DNA of 64,000 nucleotides from the human T2T-CHM13v2.0 reference genome, Homo sapiens, in the NCBI RefSeq assembly GCF_009914755.1, contig NC_060938.1. One strand, written 5' to 3'. Of the stretch, positions 17,090 to 31,977 are shown piece by piece. The notes under the pieces were generated by a model that searched no databases, had not been told where the DNA came from, and worked only from the letters and a program-made list of their open reading frames with translations. The position numbers and the translations under genes are program-made. Position 1 is the first letter of the stretch; the number at the start of each line of letters is the position of its first letter.

Positions 17090-19850
17090 TTGTTTTTATC
17101 GATAAATATATATGGGGTACAATGTGGTACAATACATGTAAATATTGTGAAGTGGACAAATTAGGCTAAATAACATATCCTTCACCTCAGATATTTATTA
17201 CATTATGGTGAAACATTTAAAATGTACTATTTTAGCGCTTTTAAGATATGCACTATATTATGAGTAACTGCAGTCACTTTGCTGTGTATCATATCACCAG
17301 AATGTATTTCTCCTAACTGAAGCATTATCCCATTGAATATTTCCCCTTTTTCCACCCCCGCCACCCGACCTGCTCAGCCTCTGATAAACCACCATTCTAC
17401 TCTTAACTTCTATGAGTGCACATTTTTGGATTTCACATGTAAGTGGTATCATGAGATATTTGTCTTTCTGTGTCTGGCTTATTTTACTTAGTATAATGTC
17501 CTCTAAATTCATCCACGTTTTTGCAAATGACAGAATTTCATTCATTTATAAAGATAAGTAGTATTTTTGTATGCATCCTACATATGCTTTTAATTTTCCA
17601 CAGCTTTATTGAGATATAATTCATACATTATGTAATTCACTCATTTAAAGTACAAACTTCAAATTCTTTTAGTATATTAACTGGGTGGACAAATAATCTT
17701 CATAAGATAATTTTAGAACATTTTAATGCCCTTAAAAGAGACTTGCACCCATTAGCAATCTTTTCCTATTTTTTCCAGCCTTTTTAAAACCCCTCCTAGT
17801 CTAGGTGACCACTCATCTAATTTCTGACTATGAATTTGCCTATTCTGGACATTTCACATAAACGGAATCATAATAACACATAGTCATTTCTTACTCACTT
17901 CTTTCGCTTAACATATTTTTAATGTTCATCCATTTTGGAGCATGCATTAACACTTTTTTCCCTTTTGTTAAGAAATAAGATTCTATTTTATAGACACACC
18001 ACATTTTATTCATCCACTCCTCAGTTGATGAACATTTCTGTTCTTTTCTACTTTTTGTTGCTATAAACATTTGTGTACTACTTTTTGTGTAGCATTTGTT
18101 TTCTTTTCTTTTTGGTAAATACATAGGAGTGGAATTGCTGGGTCATATGATAACTCTATGTTTAACCATTTGAAGAACTGCCAGACTGTTTTACATTTTA
18201 AGGTCTCACCAGTGGTGTAGAAGGGTTCCAATTTTTCCACATATTTTTATCCATTCTTCAGTTGATAGGCACTTAGGTTGTTTGTAATTCACGGCTATTA
18301 TGAATATTGCTGCAATGAACATGAAATTGCAGATGTCTCTTTTTGACATATTGATTGAAATTCCTTTGGACACATATCCAGAAGTGGGATTGATGGATCA
18401 TAGGGTAAATATATTTATAATTTCTTGAGAAAGCTTCGTACTGTTTTCCAAGATGGCTGTACTAATTTCCATTCCTACCAACAGTGTACAGGGTTTCTTT
18501 TTCTCCACATCCTCACCAACACTTATCTTCCATCTTTTTTTATAATAGCCCTAGTAAAATGTGTGAGGTGATATCTCATTGTGGCTTTGATTTGCACTTC
18601 TCTGATAATTAGGAATGTTTATGATTTTTTCATGTACCTGGTTGGCCTTTTGTATGACGTAGGAAATGTCTGTTCTGATTCTTTGCTTATTTTTTAATAA
18701 GCATAGTTTTTTTCTTATTTTTGAGTAGGTTGAGTTGCTTATATATTATTATATGAGCCCCTTATCTGATGTATGGTTTAAAAATATTATCCCATTTGTG
18801 GGTTCTCTTAATTCTATCATTGCTTCTTTTCCTGTGGAAAAGTTTTAAGTTTTATGCAGTCTCATTTGTGTGTTTTGCTTTTGTTGCCTTTTGGAATAAT
18901 CTACAGAAAATCATAGCTCAGGCCAATGTCATACAGTCTCCTTCTATATTTCCTTGTAGTAGTTTTACATTTAAACTTTAATTTTGATTTGATGCTTGTA
19001 TAAAGAGCAAAATAAAAGTCAAATTTTATTCTTCTGTATGTGGATAGTCAGTTTTGTCTACACCATTTATTGAAAATAATTTTCTTTCTTCACTGTGTAT
19101 TTTTAGTTATTTTATCAAAAAATCAATTGACCACAGACACACGGATTTATTTACAGGTTCTATATCCCTTTGTACTGTTTTACGTGTCTGTTTTTATGCC
19201 ATTGCTATGCTGTTTTAATTCCTATAGCTTTGTAATAGAGTTTGGAGTCAGGTAGTCTGATGCCTCCAGCTTTGTTCTTTTTGTTCAAGATTGCTTTGGT
19301 TGGTCCAGGTCTTTTGTGGTTCCATACAAATTTTAGCAGTAATTTTTCTATTTCTGTGAAGAATGACATTGGAATTTGATAGTGGTTGCATTTAATCTGT
19401 AGATTGCTTTGGGTAGCATTGACACTTTTACAATACTAATTTTTGAATCCAACAATAAAGGATGTTTCTCCATTTATTTATGCCATTTTAATTTTTTTCA
19501 TCAATGTGCTATAGTTTTCAGTATGTAAATCTCTTATGGTTTTGATTAAATTTACTCCTGTCTTTTATATATTTATATATCTGTTTTGATTCTATTATAA
19601 ATTGAATTGCCTTTATTTTTCAGGTAATAGTTTGTCATTAGTTAATAGAAACAATAATGATATTTGTATGTTGATTTTGTAACTATTAACTTTATTGAAT
19701 TTCTTCATCAGCTATAACCATTTATTTTGGTGGAATCTTTAAGATTTTCTCTATCTTAAGATTATATTTTCAAAAAACAGAAACAATCTTACCTCTTCCT
19801 TCCCTATGTGGATTTCTTTTACGTCTTTGTCTTGTGTAACTGTTCTGGCT
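17090..19850 (-). mobile_element. Nested old L1MA/L1MB fragments, antisense
   Basis: L1M 3' ends at ~17090 and ~17590, followed by antisense ORF2 sequence; minus-strand ORFs give L1 C-terminal-like peptides. Confidence 0.75.
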
Positions 19851-19964
19851 AGGCAATTACACATAATGTTTTCATCATTTATAATTTTACATCACATCCA
19901 TCTATTGTGGCACATTGATTGCTACTTTTCAAGTTGTAAACCTGGACATTTATCACTACTCTTC

Positions 19965-22200
19965 CTCCAATACAGGAGTCCATGGCGTGGTGTGGGCCCT
20001 ACTGTGCCACAGTCCAGGGCACGGCTGGGCTGAGGTTCTCTTGTGCAAGAGTCCGTGGCTCTGCGGAGCAAGAGTTCTCCAGTGCCTTAGTCCAGGGTTA
20101 GGCAGGGGTGGGGCTCCTTCAGTAGCTTAGTCCAGTGCGCCGCCCTGCGAGGGTCCTCCTGAGCAGGAGTACACGATGAGGCAGGGTCCTACTGTGCCTT
20201 AGCCCAGGAAGCGGGGGGCTGGGTCCTCTGGTGCCATAGTCCAGGCTGCCGGGAGCTGGGTCCTCTGGTGCCATAGCTCAGGCCGGCGGGAGCTGGGTCC
20301 TCTGGTGCCGTAGTCCAGGGTGCAGCAGAACGGGAGTCCTGCGGAGCAGTAGTCCAGGGCGCGCTGGGGCGTGGATCCTCAGGTGCCACAGTCCAGAGCG
20401 CGACAGGGCAGGATTCCTGCCTTGCTATATCCAGGGTGCAGCGGGGCGGGGGTTCTCTTCTGCAGGAGTCCAGGACGTGGCAGAACGGGAGTCCTCCGTG
20501 TAGGAGTCCTCCGGTGCTGGAGTCCAGAGCACAGTGAGGCTGGGTCCTCCCGTGCCATAGTGTAGGGCATGGCGGGACAGGGATCCTGCCCTGCGATAGT
20601 CCAGTGACTGAGTCCGCAGTAAGGCAGTGGTCCTCCAATGCTGGAGTTCACGGCGTGGTGGGGTCACGGTCCTTCAGTGTCTTAGTCCATGGGTACCAGG
20701 GCGGGGGTCCACAGTTGCCATAGTGAGGACCTGGGAGGAGTGTGGTTCCTGCCTCGCTGTAGTCCGGGGAGCAGGGGGCAGGGGTCCTCTCGTCAGAGTC
20801 TCTGGCGCGGGGTGGGGGTGGGGTGGGGGTTTTCCTATGCGATAGCCCACGGGGCGGTGAGGCCAGGTCCTCGCTTGCCTTTGTCGTGGGCGCAGGGGGG
20901 CGAGGGTCTTCGGTGGTGGAGTCCTCGGAGCGGCAGGGCAGGGGTCCTCCAGTGCCATATTCCAGGGTGCGGCGGAGTGGGCGACCTGTCCTGCAGTGGT
21001 CCAGGGCATGCGGGAGTGGTGGTCCTCCTGTGCCATAGTCCAACGCGCGGCGGGGAGGGGGTCACCTCGGCCTGCAGTCCACCACGCACGAGACCCCGGT
21101 CCTGCTGTGCCCCAGTCCAGTGCGCGGAGGGACGGCAGTCCTTCTGTGCTGTAGTGCAGGACGCGGTGGGGCAGCCGTAACCCAGAGAGCGCCGTGGCAG
21201 GGGGTCCTCCAGTGCTGGAATCCAGTTCATGGCGGGTCAGGGGCCTTATTGTTCCGAAGTCGGTGGCAAGGATCCTCCTGGGCCATAGTCTAGGGGGCGA
21301 CGGGGCAGGGTTCTCTAGTGCAGGTGTCCAGGGTGCGGTGGGGCAGGAGTCCTCTGGTGCAGAAGTCCAGGACGTAATGGAGTGGGAGTACTCCAACGCC
21401 AGAGTCCAGGGCTCTGCGGGGCGGGGTTCCCCCATGCCAGAGTGTAGGGCGCTTTCAGGCGAGGGTCTTGGCGTGCAGTAGTTCAGGGTGCGGTGGGGCA
21501 AGGATAGTCCAGATCTCCATGGCGGGGGTTCCTCTGTGCAGGAGCCCAGTGCCCGGCGGATCGGGGTCCCTCCGTGCTGTAGTCCAGGGCACGGCAAGAT
21601 GTGGGTCCTCTGGTGCCCTATCCAGGGGGCGGTGGGTCAGAGGTTCTCCCCTGTCTTGGTCTAGGGCCCGGCGGGACTGAGGTCCTGGAGTCCACGCGGT
21701 AGCCCAAGTTGCCTCAGGACCAGGTCCTCTGGATCCACAGTCCAGAGCACAGAGGGGCAGGAATAGCTCAGGGCGAGCCAGGGCCGAGGTCCTCGGGAGC
21801 CACAGTCCAGGGTGTGGAGGGGTGGGGGTTCTGCAGTGGCACAGCCCAGGACACAGCGGGGCGGGGCGGGGATCCTCTGGTACCTTAGTCCAGGGCGGAG
21901 CCGGGGGAGAGGTCCTTCAGTAGCATAGTCTAGCGCATGGCGTTGCAGGGGTCCTCCAGTGCCTGAGGCCAGGGCGGGTCGCGGGTCCCACTGTACTCTC
22001 GTTCAGGGCGGAGCAGGTCTGGGGTCTTCTGCTTCAGTCTAGGGTGCTGGAGAGTGGGGGTCCTCTGGTGCCAGAGTCCATGGAGCCATGGGTCGGCGTC
22101 CTGCCATGTCTTAGCCCAGAACGGGGAGAGGCGGAGATCCTCCTTTGCCCTAGTCCAAGGCATTGTGAGGCCCCGCTCCTGCACAGAGGCGGTCTGTTCC
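19965..22200. repeat. Degenerate ~37-39-bp GC-rich minisatellite / CpG island
   Basis: Units such as gggtcctctggtgccatagtccaggctgccgggagct repeated over ~2.2 kb. Confidence 0.85.
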
Positions 22201-25133
22201 TCTACCGCCGTGGGGAAAAACTGCACCATCTCTGGCAAGCCTAACCCAGCAGCTGTCCTTAAAAGATTCCCAGTTGAGTGTGGTTCAGAGCAGCCCTGAG
22301 AAGTGTGCCCTTAGATGGCTTCAAGGGCTCTGGGCAGTGTTTAAGGAATCCAGCTGACCTCAGTTACTCCAAGCCCTTTTCCACTCAGCAGAACTTCTGG
22401 CCACCCGGGTCCTCTATCTGTGGAGCCCTTCTATCATCCCAGATCCCCACAGGGTGGACTCCCTCTCATCCTCACAATCTCAGCTCAGGCCTTATTCATC
22501 ACCGCATTCCTGGCACCAGGCCTGGCCCATGAGAAATGGGTCAGATTAAGAGCTAAATGTGTTTTCATGGTCACTTGTTTTCTTCAGGCCTCCTTTCTTT
22601 GTGCCAACATCTTTGGGTTTCTGGTTAAAGTTTTCAGCAGCTGCATGCGGTTCCATTTTTCTTACCAGGTAAGAGACATAGCTTCATGAAAACAAAGGCA
22701 GAACGCTTGTGACCAGAGAACTCCCAGTCCTCTCCCTGCATAGGAAAACTGGACTTCTCCGGAAGGCTCCAGCTCCTGGGCAAATCTCTAGGGCCACTTA
22801 ATTGGGCTATCCCCCACCTTTGTTTCTGGTTTTGAAGGGACCAAAGTTGGGAATCCTTTTTCAGTCTCTACACACGGAGCCCTTCTTTGGTGGGAAAGTC
22901 TTAACATATACCAGGATTCTCACTGACCTTTCAGAGCCTTCAAGAATCCTGAGCTGCTTTGGCTTCTGTTCCTGGAAGAGAGGCCACTGAACTGCTCTGG
23001 AGCTGGATTTCAAGTTCAGATATTCATCACTGTTACTAAGCCTTTACATAGCATGTGATTTCTTTCTGGCAGGCTCATGGTCACCTAGGTTTGCTTATAT
23101 GTAGATGGAGGGTCTGCATCCTCATTCAGGTAACACCCTCAGTCTTTCATGCTGAGATTGGCCATTTTATTTGTAACTCACTGTACAATCCATTTGCTCT
23201 TCGAGTGTCCCTTAGAAGGATGCAGAGTGTTCTGTAGAATGCCATAGAGACCTGGGTTTAGGGAAAATATTTGACCAAATGTCCACCAACTCACATGAGT
23301 ATCTCCCCACAACTTGTACAGTGCTAGTCTCTGGGTATATAGTAAATGAAACCGTGCCTGAGCAGATGTTACAAACACCCTCCACTGTGAGACTGCAGGG
23401 CTGCTTTATTCAAGCAACAGTGTGCTCTAATAAGGTCAGAGTTGAGAGAAACAAGTTTTCATTCCAGCTTTCTCAAAAACTCCCTTTGTGACTTTAGACA
23501 TCATAATAACACTACCTAAGTAGTGAACACCTCTGTGCCAAGAAATATCATGGTCATTGCCTGAGTTGTAATTCTCACAGTAGTCCTACAGGATAGCTGC
23601 TATTACTGCTTATTACGCAGATGGACAACCTGAGGCTCAGATGGAGTTAAGTGGCTTAATTGGTAGCAATCGAGCCAGGATTTGAACCCAGGGCTGCCTG
23701 ATCACCAAATAAAATTGTATTCAACATGATGCACTTAACTTTTCTGGCCTCATTTCTCTCACCTGTAAAAATGCAGGTTTCAGATGTTTGTAATATTTTA
23801 CCTGTGGTTTAAAGAGTTACCAGCCCTTCCTCGATGACCCATGGTAAGACCCATGAGCCTTTGAATATAATTATAGAAAACATTTGAAGAGGGATAGAGA
23901 AAGACGAGATCATGGCTCCTTTGATAACGTCAAATTTTCAGTGCACTAAGCCATACATAGTGCAGTTTTCTAGCTTCCCTTTCACAAACGGTGTTGAAGA
24001 AAGTAAATTAAGCAACTCAGCTATCACTGGGAATGCAGTAGAAGTAATCAAGTCCAGTGCTGGGAGATAGTTGCCATGATATTCCAACATGGACACCAGG
24101 ATCACAGTCGATGACTATGCCCTCCCTTGAAGATGGTGGCTTGCCTCTCTTTCTGTAAGCAAATGTCATGTCATAACAGTATTAAACAATTACAAGTAAT
24201 GTCCCCATCTGCTTCTGCACTGCCTTTGAAATACTATTTCAGATCTGCCAAAATAAATGGCAAACTCGTTAACAAGAAAGCAGGGTGGGGGGTGCATTCA
24301 TCCCTGCCTTCCTGAGTAGTCTATTCACCCAAAGACAAAAGGATGACCAGCTTCCATCAGGGATATTCAAAGACACAGTCACCCTGCCATGCAGCCAGAG
24401 GCTGGCAAAGGTCCAATCCCCTTTTTAAGAAGCTTGTTGGATGAGCTCTTTAAACATACAACCACAAAGGAAAGGCACAGCCAGTGTGAGGGAGGCTGAT
24501 AAGATGGGCATTTTGTTTGCTTCAAGGTTAGAATGCAACTTGTCTATCAAAATGTGGTTATCTGACCTCCACAATGCTGCAGTCCAGTTAAATACTGCAA
24601 ATATTCATCCACCATTTACTATGGATAAAACAATAATGTGCTGTGGGGAATCCAATTACACAGACACACACACACCCAAGAAAGTGCACACACACGTGGG
24701 CACACACACTGCTCCTGCTGCCTCAGAGCTTCCAGGCCGGCAAGGAGTAAGTGCAAACATTAGTAGGTAAGTCTGCTACCAGGAAGAATATGATAAGTAG
24801 ATCCAACAGGGTACAACGCAGTATGATAGAAGCAAACAAGGTTGAGATGAGTTCTGACTCCCTTTCACTTATAAAACTGATTATGGAATAGTTTATGAAA
24901 GACTCGCCTGGATGAATCTCATATTTTCCAAGTGTTTTCTATCCCAGTGATTGGAACTTTTATTCCTCTATACCATTGTCCAAAAAGAAAGAACAGGAGA
25001 TTTTCCTAAGACCATCCTCTGTCTTATCCCTCATATCCCAAACATCACCAAGCCCTGTCCACTTTTACCTACTCAGTTTCTCTCCACTTGCTCTATTTTC
25101 TCCATAAGCACTAGCAATACCTTGGTTACATGA

Positions 25134-26143
25134 CATTCTGAGAAACTTCTTTGTGATGTGTGCTTTCATCTCACAGAGTTGAATATTTCTTTTGATTGAG
25201 CAGTTTGTAAACAGTGGTTTAGTAGAATCTGCAAAGGGATATTTGTGAGACCATTGTGGCCAATGGGGCAATAGGAAATATCTTCACATAAAAACTAGAC
25301 AGAAACTTTCTGGGAAACTTCTTTGTGATATGTGCTTTCATCTCACAGAGTTGAACCTTTCTTTTGATTGAGCAGTTTGGAAACAGTCTTTTTGTAGTAT
25401 CTGCAAATGGATATTTGGAGCACTTTGAGGCCTATGGTGAAAAAGGAAATATCTTTACTTAAAAACTAGACAGAAGCATTCTGAGAAACTTCGTTGTGAT
25501 GTGTGCATTCATCTCACAGAGTTGAAGCTTTCTTTTGATTGAGCAGTTTTGAAACACTCTTTTTGTAGAATCTGCAAGTGGATAATTGGAGTGCTTTGAG
25601 GCCTATGGTGGAAAAGGAAATATCTTCACGTAAAAACTAGACAGAAGCATTCTGAGAAACTTCGTTGTGATGTGTGCATTCATCTCACAGAGTTGAACCT
25701 TTCTTTTGATTGAGAAGTTTTGAAACACTCTTTTTGCAGAAACCGCGAGTGGATATTTGGAGCGCTTTGAGGCCTGTGGTGGAAAAGGGAATATCTTCAC
25801 ATAAAAACTAGACAGAAGCATTCTGAGAAACTTCTTTGTGATGTGTGCATTCATCTCACAGAATTGAACATTTCTTTTGATTGAGCAGTTTGGAAACCGT
25901 CGTTTTGTAGAATCTGCAAAGGGATATTTGTTAGCCCATTGAGGCCTAAGGGGAAAGAGGAAACATCTTCACATGAAAACTAGACAGAAACTTTCTGAGA
26001 AACTTCTTTGTGATGTGTGCTTTCTTCTCACAGAGTTGAAACTTTCTTTTGATTGAGCAGTTTGGAAACCGTCTTTTTGTAGAATCTGCAAGTGGATATT
26101 TGGAACCCTTTGAGGCCTATGCTGAAAAAAGAAATATCTTCAC
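25134..26143 (+). repeat. Monomeric alpha satellite, ~5.9 monomers, A-type (pJalpha box), no CENP-B box
   Basis: Monomer starts at 25134, 25306, 25477, 25648, 25819 and 25991 (171-172 bp period); ggcctatggtg(g/a)aaaaggaaata at the box position. Confidence 0.97.
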
Positions 26144-27609
26144 TACATGATGACCACCAGCAGCAGCTGGGGAAACCAGCACCCTGTGGAATTCCATACG
26201 GTGCATAGAATACATCCTCCCTTCAGTCGGCTTGGGTCAACTTAGGTCATGGGCCACCTGGCTGATAGCAGTTTCCACAGAAATGCTTCAAGATGGTATA
26301 ATAATCCAAATCTCTTTGCATGGGGCATGGTGTGGCTATCTGAGAAAAACCTGGCTTTTATAGGAAGGAGAAAGAAGAATGCTTCTTGAGGGGAAGAAAC
26401 CAACAGCAATGTGCCTCAGGGAAATGTCACCAGAGGAGAGTGAGCTGTAATGACTATTTTGGCAGATTATTTCTTGTGGTTCTTGGGTTCCTTGGCCCTG
26501 CACAGAGCTACCATTTACTCATTTGACAAGTATTTGAGTGGTAGACTCCAGGGTTCAATAGTGATCAAAAATGCACAGAATTTCTTCCCTAGTGGAGCTT
26601 AGAATCTAACAGAAAGAGCTGACATTAGTCACAAAATTATGTAATAAGGGAAAGTGCAGCAGACCCAGGTGTGCTGCAAGAGCCTGCGAAGGCAGACTGA
26701 CCCCAAGACAGAGGCAGGAAAGGATGCCTCCAGGAATCAGCAATTGAGCCAAAATCAGGGAGAAAACTAGGCAAAGACACAGTATTCAGGAGGAGGTAGA
26801 AGCTGGCCCATGAGGACGGTGGTGTGGAGAGGTGAACCAATACCCAGGTCCTTGGATTTATTGTTGAGCTGCTGAATGAACCAGGGCTGGCTCTTGCCCA
26901 ACCTCTGCACTTCTTGTTTTGCAAGGTTATAAATTTTTTTATTTAAAAGCTAGTATGAGTTGGGATCTGTTGCTTTTCTGAGACCCCGTCCTGTGAGGTA
27001 GACAGGGGGCCTCACTGTACTCTGGGGAACTAAAGATGGAGAAGGGTTTTAGAGTGCCTGGAGAAGAGGCCCTTTAACGGATCATTTTAGAAGAGGGTGC
27101 TACTGCTAGACTGCCCAGATTCCCTTTCTGTCTTTGTGACCTTGGACTCTCTGTGTCTGTTTTCCAATCTGAAAAACAGAATAATGATAGTATCTGCCTC
27201 TGCCTGCAAGACCCTCACCTATCAGACCAACTACCTTTTCACTAGAACTCTCTTCTTGCACTGTACCCCAACTGGACCACTCATTAAAACTTAAAATGGG
27301 CATATTTTCCTTTTCTAGATTTTGCTCAAGACATTTCCCTCATCAAAATTAAATTTGGTCCATCTCCCCCTATTGGAATTAAACCCATTCTCCAGAAATC
27401 AGTTCAAATTTTATCACCAGAAAGCCTCTCTCAATTACCCCCACCTTCTTTTATTCTTTGGGCCATTTCTGCTATCATTTCTGTTTTTCTTTTTTGCTAC
27501 ATATTGGTGTAGGTACATACGATCTCCACTTCCACTCAAATGTGAGGTTACTGCGGGCAGTCCCTATGGATATAGTCATATCCCAAGAGTCCTGGGCAGA
27601 GGGTTTCCC

Positions 27610-27870
27610 TCTTTCACCCAGGCTGGAGTGCAGTGGTGCAACCAGAGCTTACTGCAGCCTCAACCTCCTGGGGTCAAATGATCGTCTCAGCCTTTCCAGT
27701 AGCTGGTACTAAAAGCGGGCACCACCATGCTTGGCTAATTTTCATATTTTTCATAGAGACGGGGTTCCACCATGTGGCCTTGCTTGGTCTGAAAGTTCTG
27801 AGCTCAAGCAACCCACCTGCCTTAGCCTCTCAACGTCCTGGAATGACAGCATGAGTTGCCACACCTGGCT
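27610..27870 (-). mobile_element. AluJ, antisense, lacking tail
   Basis: cacccaggctggagtgcagtggtgc...tcaagcaacccacctgccttagcctc. Confidence 0.85.
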
Positions 27871-28603
27871 GCATGCCGAATACTTTAGAGTTGTTTATGC
27901 CTGACACTTCCAGGGCATGCAGAACTATGGTGGCATTAACCGACACATTAACCAACTGCCTCACTTACTTTTCTTTTGACTCAGTTTATAAATTTTCTTA
28001 ATTTAAATTTTAATTTCAACATGTATACATCTTTGAAATAAATAAAATAAGCTCTTTGAATGTTTGACATAACGTAGAAGAAATTGACAAATGGACATCT
28101 TTACTTCATTTTCTGTCTCAAAATGTGGTACAAATAGCCTCCCCTAAAGTGATCCCAATTATTACATAGCCATCTTGCTGTGGCTAATGTAGAATGTTTT
28201 TGCAGTATCACATGCACGAAGGGCATATCCAAAAAACATTTGAGTGAAGATAATACTAGATTCTAGAAAGTATCTAGACACTTAAGAGCAGGTGGTGATG
28301 ATGTTAATTAATAATAACAATGTTGAGGGGCTGGCTTCTGCCCTTCCCTAATAAGCATAAAGAGCATATAAACTCAGCAAATTTGCTCTTATTTTCTTCA
28401 TTATTTGGTTTTTGAATCAGTAAATGCTTTCCACAGGGGTCATCTTGTTAGTCATCTTGTCATTTTGCTGTGTCCCATCTTCGTCCTTGCAATTTTTCCT
28501 TTTTCCCATTTTGGCATGTATTGAGAGGAGTGTTATGCTGATGAAATGCCCTGTCCTGAATTGCTATCTGATTAGAACTTCCCTCAATTTTTAAAATGCT
28601 TCT

Positions 28604-28993
28604 TGACATGGTTTGGATTTGTGCACCCCCCACCCCCAATCTCATATGGAATTGTAATTGTCAGTGTTGGAGGAGGGGCTTGCTGGAAGGTGACTGGATC
28701 ATAGAGGTGGTTTCTAATGGTTTAGCCTCATCCACCTCGTGCTGTCTGATGATAAAGTTCTCCTGAGATCTGCTTGTTTAAAAAGTGTGTAGCACCTCCC
28801 CTGACTCTTTTCAGCCATGTGAATATGTGCTTGCCTCCTTTTCACCTTCTGCCATGATTGTAAGTTTCCTGAGGCCTCCCTATAAGCATAAGTCTGTACA
28901 GCCCACAGAACTGTGAGCCAATTCAATCCCTTTTCTTTTTCAATTACCCACTCTCATGTATATCTTTATAGCAGTGTGAGAACAGATTAATAC
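28604..28993 (+). mobile_element. ERVL-MaLR solo LTR (MSTA-like)
   Basis: Starts tgacatggtttggatttgtg, ends ctttatagcagtgtgagaacagattaataca. Confidence 0.85.
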
Positions 28994-29316
28994 ACTCCTC
29001 CTCAGAAAGCATTCAATTTAGCTGTGTCTAAAGTATGCCAGGTGTTCTAGGGTGTTATCTTAGCCAATAATTCTTCCTCTTCAGCAAGATCTATTTGCCT
29101 ATGACAGCTTGACCTACATTTCCTACCATACTTGTCAGTAACAAGTAGCCCATAACATCTGAATGGACTTCATTGAAATCACAGAGGTTCTTTAGTTCTC
29201 TACTTTATTAGCAGGCATTCGGGAAACACATCAACTTTCTAATTTAATAAGGTGCCTGTTGCTTTGAAAAACTGCTCAAAAGAAGATAGGAGAGGCTTAC
29301 TTAAAGATATCACTAT

Positions 29317-29647
<331 letters not shown>

Positions 29648-30368
29648 TTAGAATAACTAGGTTTTTTTCAACAGTGGAAACTCAAAACAGACAAAATTGT
29701 TGTACCTCAAGGTGTGTTGTCGTAGTCATATAATTCCTTTGCTTGTAACTGCCCAATAAATGGATGAGGACTCACTTCAACCCATAAATAAGAAAGGTGA
29801 ACAGCACATGGGGCCTGTAGATGCCTTTTGCAGGGCCCTCTTTTTCTCTTCCTAAAGTTGCAATTTGAGTATTTCTCTAGATGGGCACATCATAGAAACT
29901 GTCGTCCTAGATCAGAGCCTGGGGAGAGAGATACAGGAGTCATGCTTACATCTGCAGAGTGGGAACAAGCCCAGAAAAATCAAGATGATTAAGCAGAGAG
30001 CTTCCATACTGGAGATAAACCAGCTGTGTAAAAAATCATTGCACCAAAAAAGCATTGCACCATCGACATAACTGCTTTAACTAAGAAGTAAAGGAACTGA
30101 TGCCCCAGCAGAGCACAGAGAGCCACAGAGACAGGAGCTGCATTTCAAACAAGGTCATTGCTGTTGTCCCCACCCTGAGTTAAGTATCTCTGCTTCACCC
30201 TTCCTTACCAAAGTTCTGCTTGATCATCCTTTTGTTTTGTTTTCTTTTTTCTGCACTTCACTTCTTTGAGAAAATATAAACCAAAACCTTACATAAAACA
30301 GGAATTGAGCTTTTGACAATGTTAGCTCTTGAAACAACCGAACAAAAAGGTTTCTATTATTTCTCATC

Positions 30369-30562
30369 TCTGTGCTACCCAGTACAGTAGCCAATAGCCA
30401 CAGATGACTATTAAAATTAAAATTAATTCAAATAAAACAAAATTTACAATTTAGTTGGTCAGTTGTACTAGCCACATTTCAGTTACTCAATAGCCACATG
30501 TGGCTAGTGGCTACTGAACTGGCCAGCACAAATGTAGAACATTTTCATCATCATAGTTCTCT
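30369..30562. mobile_element. MER3-like hAT-Charlie DNA transposon fossil
   Basis: ctagccacatttcagttactcaatagccacatgtggctagtggctact motif. Confidence 0.7.
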
Positions 30563-31686
30563 AGGCCATGGAAAAATTACTGAACTCAATTTCCAGTGTG
30601 CACATTTATTTGCGTACCTAGGAGCTTTTTGACCCTGTGTTGAGATGCCTAAACAGCTTCCTGATTGACCTCCTGATATTTCTGCAAATGTGGACTAAGA
30701 GGCCAGGATTCCTCAAGGCCCAGGTGACTCAGGTTATTCCAAAATTATATTTGGACTACCAGTCCTCTGCTTGATTTGGGATGCAAAAGGGGACTTCTCT
30801 CCCTAATCACTAAAGTAGCTTTTCAATGTCCCCCTCTCATCACGGTAAGAGTCTCATTTCTTGAGACTCATTTCTTTCCATGACTTATGTTATGTTTTGG
30901 AGAGAGTGGATTCAGACAGAAGAGCTGGCTCTGTGCTGGTTTTCCAGGGGTCAGCCCTTTTGTCAGCGACGAGTCTGCCTCTCTACATGATGTACATTGT
31001 GTCCCACTACTGGTAATAGAATCTCAGCAATTGATTGACTGTTAGGTTATTTTCAAAGCTCAATATTCACAATAATCTAAAAGACATCCACATAACCACG
31101 AGGACAGACAGGGCTCTCATAACCTGCAAAGGACAAGGTGCAAATTTCTTCTTTCCATCCCAGCAACAAATCGACAACTCAGCCAGCACTAAAAGTTGGG
31201 GTAAAAATTAATTAAAAGAAAAATGTATCAAGGATAGATAAAAGAACAAAAAAGCTATTGCAGCTGTCTTCTCCATGACAGAGGGCTGTGATCTGAATTT
31301 TAATGTTTTCATCTACTTTCTACTTTTGTGTTTCTTTTATTATTTTTTTCACTGTCTCTTATTTGTAGATACAAATTTTTAATATTTGAAAGCTATTTTA
31401 AATATAATCTTTAAAAGGAGAAACATTCTTTTTTTTTTGCACAAAATACTGAAGGTGAGATCCACTGATTGCAATGCAATGGGACAATATATCTGGAAGC
31501 AATTTTATCCAGAAAAATCAATAGCTTTAAAACAATTCACAACCTTGGACCTAATACCTCTACTTCTAGGAAGCTAGCCTATGAAGGTTTCTGCTGAAGG
31601 ATGTTTATCACAGTATTATTTATAATGTGAAAAAGCCAAAGAGGAGACCTAAAATGTTTCAAAGATGAAAATGGTTTGATAAAATT

Positions 31687-31977
<291 letters not shown>

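Noticed and set aside
20189-22299. Many overlapping ORFs up to 307 aa
   Set aside because: Products of a GC-rich tandem repeat; open in several frames on both strands with no recognisable domain
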